45,102 nt of DNA. It comes from Campylobacterota bacterium (GTDB lineage Bacteria > Campylobacterota > Campylobacteria > Campylobacterales > Nitratiruptoraceae). The translations under genes and the position numbers were made by a program. The notes beneath the pieces are model-generated. The model was not told the DNA's origin, did not search any database, and saw only the letters and a list, made by a program, of their open reading frames with translations. Below are positions 29,654-37,233 of the stretch, in pieces; the stretch's first letter is position 1, and each line of letters begins with the position of its first letter. The stretch lies in assembly GCA_013153095.1 (NCBI GenBank), contig JAADFB010000083.1, positions 1 through 45,102 on the forward strand. Reading direction: 5' to 3'.

Positions 29654-30429
29654 CTTTTAAAAACTCCTAGAAATAAAACTGCAGTAAAAAGGATTATCGA
29701 AGCAGAAGCGCTAATATTGAAAGTATAAGAGATAAAAAGACCTGCTATCATCACTATTAGAGTGATAATTCCACTTAAAACCATACTACCTACATAAGAG
29801 CGGCTAAACTTCTCAGCGATGTAGGGAGGGATACTAAAAAGGGCAATAACCAAAATTAAACCGATAGACCTAATACTCATTACTACCGTTAAAGCTATCA
29901 TTATCAAGGTTAAAGTGTGTAAGAATTTTACATCCAACCCTCTTAAAGTTGCAAACTCCCTATCATAAGCTAAAGCTAACAAGTGGTTCTTATAAAGGGC
30001 CACAAATGCTAAAAGTAAAAGATCAACTCCTACCATAAACCATAAATCCAAGTTAGGAACTAAAAGAATATCTCCAAAAAGGTAAGCTAAGAGATCACTC
30101 TTATATCCAGGGGCAAGATCGATAAAAATTATCCCTATACTCATCCCAACCGCCCAAACCAAAGAGATTAAAATCTCTGGATATTTCTCTTTAAAGGTGA
30201 TTAAAGCTAAAAGAAAAGCTAAAAAGAGAGCAAAAAGGGTTGCTCCTAACAAAATAGAGATTCCAAAGTAGATAGCTAATCCAACTCCCCCATAACTTCC
30301 GTGTGCAATGGAAGCGGCTAGATAGTTGTAACGGTTAATTAACATTAAGGGACCTATTAACGCTACCGCAAAGCTTAAAAGTAAGGATGCAATTAAAGAG
30401 TTGGAAAACAGTTCAAGAGCTTCTATCAT
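29650..30429 (-). CDS. Metal ABC transporter permease (ZnuB/MntB family)
   Basis: SIAHGSYGG, DLLAYLFGDIL, YDREFATLRG, IGLILVIALFSIP. Confidence 0.92.
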   Translation of the reverse strand: MIEALELFSNSLIASLLLSFAVALIGPLMLINRYNYLAASIAHGSYGGVGLAIYFGISILLGATLFALFLAFLLALITFKEKYPEILISLVWAVGMSIGIIFIDLAPGYKSDLLAYLFGDILLVPNLDLWFMVGVDLLLLAFVALYKNHLLALAYDREFATLRGLDVKFLHTLTLIMIALTVVMSIRSIGLILVIALFSIPPYIAEKFSRSYVGSMVLSGIITLIVMIAGLFISYTFNISASASIILFTAVLFLGVFKR

Positions 30430-31150
30430 TTTTGCTCCTTTTTAACTCTTCAAACAGCTCCACTTGACAAAAATGTCCCTCTCTAGGGGAAGAGATTTTT
30501 ATATCTAAACTTTCGTGGATAACCAATCTTTTATTTACATAAAAAACTCTATCCACCCCTTCTAAAAGCAAGTTTATATCGTGGCTAACTACCAATTTGG
30601 TGATAGGAAGGGTTTTTAAAAGGGCGTAGATCTCTCTTTGTGCTTTCATATCTACTGAAGCGGTAGGTTCATCTAAAAGTAAAATTTTTGGGTTGGCAAT
30701 TAATGCTCTTGCTAAAAGTACCCTTTGACGTAGCCCCCCCGAAAGGGTAGAGATTTTTTTATCCAAAAGGTTTTCAATTTTTAGTTTTTGACTAATCTCA
30801 TATAAAGCTTTGAAATCGTTAGGGGTATACCTAAATTTAAACCGTTCCAACCTTCCTTGCAATATTACTTCTTTTACTAAAAGGGGGAGTTCCAGCTTAA
30901 AATTTACATATTGAGGCATATATCCTAAAAGTTTTCTCTGTTTAAAGGGAGGTTTTCCAAAAATTAAAACTTCTCCCTGAGTTGGAGTTAAAAGACCTAA
31001 GATAAGTTTTAGGAGGGTACTTTTTCCGCCCCCATTAGGTCCAATTAAAGCTATATATTCTCCCTCACAAATTGTAGCGTTGATCTCTTCTAAGACGTTT
31101 TCATTTCTATACTTAAAGAAAAGGTTCTTAATCGAGATCGCTAAGCGCAT
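30413..31150 (-). CDS. Metal ABC transporter ATPase (ZnuC/MntA family)
   Basis: GPNGGGKST, YMPQ, LSGGLRQR, LLLDEP, VSHD; C-terminal HFCQVE. Confidence 0.93.
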   Translation of the reverse strand: MRLAISIKNLFFKYRNENVLEEINATICEGEYIALIGPNGGGKSTLLKLILGLLTPTQGEVLIFGKPPFKQRKLLGYMPQYVNFKLELPLLVKEVILQGRLERFKFRYTPNDFKALYEISQKLKIENLLDKKISTLSGGLRQRVLLARALIANPKILLLDEPTASVDMKAQREIYALLKTLPITKLVVSHDINLLLEGVDRVFYVNKRLVIHESLDIKISSPREGHFCQVELFEELKRSKNDRSS

Positions 31151-31913
31151 CGGTTAACTTCTTTAAACTTGAAGGAATATCGTAAGCTAAAGGATCTATC
31201 ACAACTATCTTTGCATTAATCTTTTGAGCTAAAAATTTGGCTTTCCTTTTTGGAAATTGTGGTTCTACTACTACCACTTTAACTTTTTCCTCTCTAGCTG
31301 TTTTTAGAAGTTGTAGAAGCTGTTGAGGTTTTGGCTCTTTCCCCTCCTTTTCAATAGCTAGCTGCTTCAAGTTGTAAACTTTTGCAAAATATCCAAAGGA
31401 GGGATGGTAAGAGATAAAGGTTGTATTGGAAGGGAGTTGATTAAAAAAAGATGTATCCAAAGCGGTGATCTCTTTTACAAAATCTAAATAGTTTCGTAGA
31501 AATTCCCCCTTTTTGGAAGGTTGAAGTTTTATAGCTTCCTCTAATGTGACTCTAGCTAAAAGTAAAAGGTGAGGGGGAGAGAGCCAAATGTGGGGGTCTA
31601 GATGTTCAAAATGGGAAAACCGTTTGAGATATTTTCCCATATCCACTTTTTTAGTTTCAATCTTTTCTAAGAGAGCTTTTTCAAAAGGAAGACCGATAGT
31701 AAGATAAAGAGATGCTTTTTTAAGTTTTAAAACCGTTGATGGTTTAGGAGAGAAGGTTGCGGGAGAAACTTTTGGAGGTAGAAGTACTACCACTTCAAAA
31801 CTATCTTGGGTTATCTTATCTAAGATATATTTTTGAGGTAAGATCGAAATGGCAACTATTGGCTTAGCAAAAAGTGGTAGCAAAAGTAAAGAAAAAAGTA
31901 AAAAACTTCTCAC
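31128..31913 (-). CDS. Metal ABC transporter substrate-binding protein (cluster A-I, ZnuA/TroA family)
   Basis: Signal peptide, DPHIWLSP, YHPSFGYFA, EGKEP, IDPLA. Confidence 0.9.
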   Translation of the reverse strand: MRSFLLFSLLLLPLFAKPIVAISILPQKYILDKITQDSFEVVVLLPPKVSPATFSPKPSTVLKLKKASLYLTIGLPFEKALLEKIETKKVDMGKYLKRFSHFEHLDPHIWLSPPHLLLLARVTLEEAIKLQPSKKGEFLRNYLDFVKEITALDTSFFNQLPSNTTFISYHPSFGYFAKVYNLKQLAIEKEGKEPKPQQLLQLLKTAREEKVKVVVVEPQFPKRKAKFLAQKINAKIVVIDPLAYDIPSSLKKLTDALSDLD

Positions 31914-31935
31914 TACCTATCCTTTTTTAAACAAA

Positions 31936-32859
31936 TTATACCTTAAAAATATTCATACAACTGCAATGGATAGCTCCCCCTTGCCTAATTAAGATTCTAG
32001 AATCTAGACCAATTACCTCTCTAGAAGGAAAAAGTTCTCTAAAAAGTTTTAAGACCACCTCATCGTTAGGATCGTCATACAACGGAACAATAACCGCCCC
32101 GTTAACAATTACAAAATTGGCGTAAGTGGCAGGAAGAGGTTCATCTTGAAAAGTTATCCTTTTAGGAAGGGGTAAAGGGATAGTTTCAAAGGGTAGCCTT
32201 TTAACCTCTTCTTCCATCTTTTTTAAAAAGGGGTATCTAGGATCATTTCTATCCTCACAAAAGATATAAATCAATCTTTTTGCAGAAACAAATCGTATAA
32301 ACAGGTCGATATGGCCATCTGTATCATCCCCTTCTAAAACACTGTTTTCTATCCAAAAAATCTTTTTAACCTCTAAAGTAGCTTTTAAGAAATTTTCTAT
32401 CTCTTTTTTTGAAAGATGGGGGTTTCTATTTTCCTCTAAAAGGCAGCTGGAAGTGGTTAAAACTACACCTTCCCCGTTACTTTCTATACTCCCACCTTCC
32501 AAAATAAATCCAAGTTTTTTGGTATTAAACAGCTTCCTATTTACCAAATTATCTAAGTTGGCTTTATGTTTAAGTCCCCAACCGTTAAATCCAAAATCTA
32601 GCAATTTTCCGCTACTTGAAGTGATAACCCCATAATCTCTTACCCAAGTATCATTAGTATCTATTTCAAAGAGAGTTGTGTTATTAAATCTCTTCCTAAA
32701 CCCTTTGGGTACTATAAGTAAAACCTGTTGATATTTTGAAACAGTTTTTATTAACTCATCATAAAAATGTTCTACTTCGCTTAAGTATTCTTTCCAATCA
32801 CTATTTGGATGGGGATAAGTTAATAACAGCGCTTTTTGTTCTCTCCATTGAGCTATCAT
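31936..32859 (-). CDS. aguA: Agmatine deiminase family protein
   Basis: NDTWVRDYG, FNGWG, LEGGSIESNGEG, DDTDGHID, PATYANF, GGAIHC (catalytic Cys). Confidence 0.9.
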   Translation of the reverse strand: MIAQWREQKALLLTYPHPNSDWKEYLSEVEHFYDELIKTVSKYQQVLLIVPKGFRKRFNNTTLFEIDTNDTWVRDYGVITSSSGKLLDFGFNGWGLKHKANLDNLVNRKLFNTKKLGFILEGGSIESNGEGVVLTTSSCLLEENRNPHLSKKEIENFLKATLEVKKIFWIENSVLEGDDTDGHIDLFIRFVSAKRLIYIFCEDRNDPRYPFLKKMEEEVKRLPFETIPLPLPKRITFQDEPLPATYANFVIVNGAVIVPLYDDPNDEVVLKLFRELFPSREVIGLDSRILIRQGGAIHCSCMNIFKV

Positions 32860-34916
32860 ACTCTCTCCAGCAACTTATAAACTCCAAATGCCAATATCCA
32901 CGCCAAAACGTTAGGATAGATTGTATAAAAAAGTCTCCAAGCCCAGTTTGGAACTTCTGAATAAAATGTTCCCATCGCCGCAACACACGGACTATAGATC
33001 ATAATTATCACAATTAAGGCTACTGCGGTTTTAAAATCGATATTCTCTCTAAGTTTTTGGATCAGCCCCTTCTCATTTTCTTCTCCAACCGCATACAAAG
33101 TAGCTAAGGTAGAGACTATCACCTCTTTTGCACTTAAACCACTAACTACCGCTACGCTTAATCTCCAATCAAATCCTAACGGTTTAAAAATAGGCTCTAT
33201 CATTTTGCCAACTCTACCTAAATAGCTTTGTTCCAACAGTTTAGCTTTAAGCTCTTCTTCTAACGCTTTTTTTTCCTGAATAGTCTTAGCCGATTCCATT
33301 TTTTGCTCATATAGTTGAATTAAGGAAGGATTTTTAGGATAGCTACTTAAAAACCAAATAATCATAGCCGCTCCAGCTATGAATGTTCCCGCTTTTTTTA
33401 TAAAGATTTTTGCCTTATACCACAACTCTAATGCTAAAGCTTTTAAAGAGGGAAAACGGTAAGGTGGCATCTCCATTACAAACGGTTCCGGTTCCCCTTT
33501 AAAAAGAAGGGTTCTTAAGATTTTGGCAACTATCAATCCTAACAGCGCCCCGGTGATGTAGATAGCAAAAAGGATATTCCCAGCATTATAAGCGGGAAAA
33601 AAAGCTGCTATCAACAATACATATACCGGTAATCTAGCTGAACAGTTCATAAATCCTAAAATAAGCATAGTGATAAGTCGATCTTTAGGATTTTTTAACG
33701 TCCTAGCGGCCATATAAGCGGGAACAGTACAACCAAAGCCACTTACTAAAGGTACAAACGCTTTTCCTTGCAATCCAAACCGTTTTAAAAAACCGTCTAG
33801 CAAAAACGCCGCCCTTGCCATATAACCGGTCTGCTCTAAAAGGTTTATTCCCAAAAAAAGTAGTAAAATATTGGGGAGAAACATCAAAATAGCCCCAACT
33901 GCTGGAATAACCCCTTCAGTGATGATAGAGTTTAAATCTCCAGGAGGTAAAATAGTTTTTAACCAGTTGGCAAAATTGTTAACTACCTGATCGATATATT
34001 CCATTGGTAAAGAGCCAACTTGAAAAGTTATTTGAAAAATGAGCCACATAAAAAAAAGAAATATGGGAAGTCCTAAGATAGGATGGATAAGAAGTTTATC
34101 TATCTTTTGGGTTAAGCTTTCTTTATGGGGAGGAGGGGTTAGAACCTGCATCACTACACTTTTTGCAAGTGCATTTCTCTCTTGAGCAAAAAGGTCCCTA
34201 ACATCTGGAATATCAAATTCTATACTCAACCGTTTTATACTTTCTCCCAACACTTTATAAAGTTCTAAGAAAATTGGAAGATCGTGTACAATTTTATAAA
34301 TATCCTCATCTTTTTCTAAAAGCCTAATGGCGTAGAATCTACTTAGGTCTGGATTTTGGAAATGGTTATTTAAAATTGAGCTAATTTTTTCAATCTCATC
34401 CTCTATCTTGTCATTGTAATAGATTTTCCATTCACACTTAAAACCTTTTAAGATCAGTTCTACCATCTCTTCTACTCCCCGTTTCTCCTTAGCACTAGCT
34501 AAGACAACAGGGATACCTAACAGGATAGAGAGTTTTTGAGCATCTATTTTTCCACCCTTCTCCTCCAGTTCATCGATCATATTTACAACCAAGATGGTGG
34601 GTTTTCTCATATCTAGAAGTTGAAATGTTAAAACCAAGTTTCTTTGCAAAACATTGGCATCCACTACATTGATAATTAGATCGTATTCTTCAAATAATAG
34701 ATATTTCTTTGTAACCTCCTCTTCAGGAGTGTAAGCGTGAAGAGAATAGATTCCGGGTAAATCAACAATTTTTAATCGGTTGTTTAAAAGTTCTACCTCC
34801 TTCTTTTCAACCGTAACTCCCGCAAAATTCCCTACGTGTAACCGGGCGTTGGAGATCGCATTGATAAGAGAAGATTTTCCAACATTGGGTTGTCCTACCA
34901 TTACCGCTTTAATCAT
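32856..34916 (-). CDS. feoB: Ferrous iron transporter FeoB
   Basis: GQPNVGKS, VGNFAGVTVE, DLPG, NMID, GFGCTVPA, CSARLPVY, YSPCVA. Confidence 0.97.
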   Translation of the reverse strand: MIKAVMVGQPNVGKSSLINAISNARLHVGNFAGVTVEKKEVELLNNRLKIVDLPGIYSLHAYTPEEEVTKKYLLFEEYDLIINVVDANVLQRNLVLTFQLLDMRKPTILVVNMIDELEEKGGKIDAQKLSILLGIPVVLASAKEKRGVEEMVELILKGFKCEWKIYYNDKIEDEIEKISSILNNHFQNPDLSRFYAIRLLEKDEDIYKIVHDLPIFLELYKVLGESIKRLSIEFDIPDVRDLFAQERNALAKSVVMQVLTPPPHKESLTQKIDKLLIHPILGLPIFLFFMWLIFQITFQVGSLPMEYIDQVVNNFANWLKTILPPGDLNSIITEGVIPAVGAILMFLPNILLLFLGINLLEQTGYMARAAFLLDGFLKRFGLQGKAFVPLVSGFGCTVPAYMAARTLKNPKDRLITMLILGFMNCSARLPVYVLLIAAFFPAYNAGNILFAIYITGALLGLIVAKILRTLLFKGEPEPFVMEMPPYRFPSLKALALELWYKAKIFIKKAGTFIAGAAMIIWFLSSYPKNPSLIQLYEQKMESAKTIQEKKALEEELKAKLLEQSYLGRVGKMIEPIFKPLGFDWRLSVAVVSGLSAKEVIVSTLATLYAVGEENEKGLIQKLRENIDFKTAVALIVIIMIYSPCVAAMGTFYSEVPNWAWRLFYTIYPNVLAWILAFGVYKLLERV

Positions 34917-35133
34917 TTTTCACCTCTATTGCTCCCGCTTCCTCTTCCCTCAATGCGATTTTACTCCCCTCAACCTCTACTCCCCAAGTCTCTTTTTTTA
35001 AAGTGTGTTCAATAACTTTGATCCTGTTTCCTTTAGTTATTCCCATTGAAAAAAGTCGACTTTTTATCGGCTCTGGGGCGACTACTTTCTCTATAACTCC
35101 ACTTTCTCCAACTTTTAATTGGGTTAGTTTCAT
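34909..35133 (-). CDS. feoA: FeoA family protein
   Basis: MKLTQLKVGE..., RLFSMGITKG, IALREEEA; start ATG 35133 behind AGGAGG. Confidence 0.93.
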   Translation of the reverse strand: MKLTQLKVGESGVIEKVVAPEPIKSRLFSMGITKGNRIKVIEHTLKKETWGVEVEGSKIALREEEAGAIEVKND

Positions 35134-35143
35134 ACTTTTCCTC

Positions 35144-36205
35144 CTAAAATCCAAATTTTGCAACTCCTCTAAGGAGATTACTATTTTCTACTCTCGATGC
35201 CACCAATTCTAAACTTAAATGTTTTGTTAACTTACCAAAAAGGTAAAAATCGATCTCTTGTTTTAAAAAAGTAGGGGATTTAAATTCTCCCCCTCTACTC
35301 CCAATAACTACTCCCTCTATCTCCTCCTCTACTCCTATAACCCAACTTTGTGCCTTTTTTTTTGCCATATCTAACGTTAACACCTCTAAAGAGGTAAAGT
35401 ATGGAGGAGAACCAAAGGCGGGTATAACCTCTCCATAAAGAATCTTATTGTAACCTAAAAAATAGTTTGTAGCTTCCTTTTTTTTAGATATTGATCCCCC
35501 TATTGCTAACCCTGTTGAAAAGAGGTCTTTATTTTGCGAAAGATTGTAGATTAGCTCGAAAGCTATCGTAAAACCTCTTTTTTGATAAGTTTTTTCTAAA
35601 TAAGCTAAACTACCTCCATCTACTAAGTGGTATAACCATATAGAACTGAAGTCTAAATTTATTCCGCCTCCATACAATCCTCCTACCTCAGCTCCTAAAA
35701 CCTTTCCTAAGGATTTAAACTCCCCTATCTTTTCTCCACTCCCCCAACCTGCCATTTTGGAGAGATAAAAAAATTCAAACTTCTCTCCTTTAATTTCCAC
35801 CCCTTGAAAATAGTTAGGGACGATCCTAATATCGTCGCTATTAGCGTAAGGGGTATCTAGAGTAAATCTTCCTACTTTAAACTTTAATTTTGGTAAAAAG
35901 TATTCTAAGTTAGCTTCTGCTAAAAAGAGAACTTTCTCTTCCTCATTGTTCCAAGAGGCGTAAAAACTGGAGTTAAGTTTTACCCTATCTTTTATCCTTA
36001 AAGGTTTTATATGCCAATGTCCTCCTACTCCTAAAAAACCGTTTAAGTATCCAATTCTATACTCCCCGTGTAGATGGTTTTGAATATTAAAATTGCCCAA
36101 GAACTTCCTTAAAGATAACTCTTGCGCCTTTAAAGAGTTGTAAAAGAGTAAGGTAAAAAAGATAAAATAAACCCCTCTTTTCCATTCTTTTCCATTCTTT
36201 TCCAT
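35144..36205 (-). CDS. Putative outer membrane beta-barrel porin (OprD/Opr-like)
   Basis: Signal-like N-terminus, LAEANLEY...FKVGRFTLDTPYANSDDIRIVPNYFQG, amphipathic strands, C-terminal Phe (KFGF). Confidence 0.75.
   Translation of the reverse strand: MEKNGKEWKRGVYFIFFTLLFYNSLKAQELSLRKFLGNFNIQNHLHGEYRIGYLNGFLGVGGHWHIKPLRIKDRVKLNSSFYASWNNEEEKVLFLAEANLEYFLPKLKFKVGRFTLDTPYANSDDIRIVPNYFQGVEIKGEKFEFFYLSKMAGWGSGEKIGEFKSLGKVLGAEVGGLYGGGINLDFSSIWLYHLVDGGSLAYLEKTYQKRGFTIAFELIYNLSQNKDLFSTGLAIGGSISKKKEATNYFLGYNKILYGEVIPAFGSPPYFTSLEVLTLDMAKKKAQSWVIGVEEEIEGVVIGSRGGEFKSPTFLKQEIDFYLFGKLTKHLSLELVASRVENSNLLRGVAKFGF
36176..36205 (-). repeat. Three perfect tandem copies of ATGGAAAAGA (10 bp) starting at the porin start codon
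   Basis: + strand TCTTTTCCAT at 36176-36185, 36186-36195 and 36196-36205. Confidence 0.95.
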
Positions 36206-36234
36206 CTCCTTTAAATCCTTTTAAAAATGTGTGC

Positions 36235-36280
36235 ATTATAAGACGGGTTAGCTTAAGATAGAATAATGATAATCATTCTC
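36235..36280 (-). promoter_or_regulatory. Fur box overlapping the promoter of the porin-feoAB run
   Basis: AATAATGATAATCATTCTC at 36262-36280 matches the Fur consensus GATAATGATAATCATTATC at 17/19; TATAAT -10 on the minus strand at 36235-36240; lies upstream of feoAB. Confidence 0.85.
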
Positions 36281-36394
36281 AATTACTTTAATCTCTATCG
36301 TTTTCAACCCCTCACAATTTTTTACTATAATCTCAACTTAACATTATCATAAGTATATCTTGTGATATAGTTTCAAACTAAAAAAGGAGGGTGG

Positions 36395-36892
36395 ATGAAA
36401 AAGCTTTTCTTGGTATTGTTACTTGTAGGTTCGTTGGTTGCAGAGGATATCTTTTATGAAGATGATGTAGAGGTTACAGAGGCGTTTGAGATGATGAAAA
36501 AAGGAGCGCTTTTAATAGATGTAAGGACCGCGGGGGAGTTTATCTATGCCGGTCATCCATTGGGGGCGGTAAGCATTCCGGTCTTTGAGTATAGCTATAA
36601 ACCTAAACCGATTACTTTGCGTGTAAAATTTGCTCAAAAGGAGAAAGAAAAACCTCTAGATGCCCATAAAATTTATGATCTAATCCCAGTAGAGAATAAT
36701 CAATTTATAGAGGATGTAAAAGAGGCGATAAAACTAACTAAGCCTAAAGCTATTTTGGTAATTTGTAGAAGTGGAAGCAGAAGTGAGTATGCTGCAAATT
36801 TGTTAGCTAAGAACGGTTTACAAGAAGTGTATAATGTTGAAGGTGGAGTGTTAGAGTGGAAGAGGGAGAAGTTACCTTTTGGAGGAAATTAA
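36395..36892 (+). CDS. Secreted rhodanese-like sulfurtransferase
   Basis: Signal peptide, LLIDVRT..EF..GHP.GA, active-site ICRSGSRS, VYNVEGG..EW; AAGGAGG SD. Confidence 0.9.
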   Translation: MKKLFLVLLLVGSLVAEDIFYEDDVEVTEAFEMMKKGALLIDVRTAGEFIYAGHPLGAVSIPVFEYSYKPKPITLRVKFAQKEKEKPLDAHKIYDLIPVENNQFIEDVKEAIKLTKPKAILVICRSGSRSEYAANLLAKNGLQEVYNVEGGVLEWKREKLPFGGN

Positions 36893-36901
36893 TTTTCCTC
36901 C
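36881..36901. terminator. 8-bp hairpin centred on overlapping convergent stop codons
   Basis: GGAGGAAA-ttaat-TTTCCTCC; the shared TTAA carries both stops. Confidence 0.55.
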
Positions 36902-37155
36902 AGTTGCTTATAAAAGTTCATCAGTTTTTCCCTAACATCTGCTATCATCGCGGGAGTTGCTTGGGGAGATTCCAACCAGACAGCTTGGAAATTCTCTTTT
37001 GAGGTGGAGTAGATAGACTTGTTTAAGAAAGCGCTATACTCTTGGATAGAGTTACAAATTTCTACCTCTCCTGTCTCGGTATTTTTACACCTAATTGCCC
37101 AACCCCCTTTTCCATTGGGGATTATTTCAGCTTCCACAATTAATACATTTTCCAC
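36889..37155 (-). CDS. Small hypothetical cytoplasmic protein (88 aa)
   Basis: Fills an intergenic space; AAAGGAAG SD before GTG; TGtTATAAT on the minus strand just upstream. Confidence 0.7.
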   Translation of the reverse strand: MENVLIVEAEIIPNGKGGWAIRCKNTETGEVEICNSIQEYSAFLNKSIYSTSKENFQAVWLESPQATPAMIADVREKLMNFYKQLEEN

Positions 37156-37233
37156 AGCTTTCTTCCTTTTTGGTTAGATTATAACATACCTTCCGATAAT
37201 GGAGGGGCAAAATTTAATTATAAGGAATAATTG

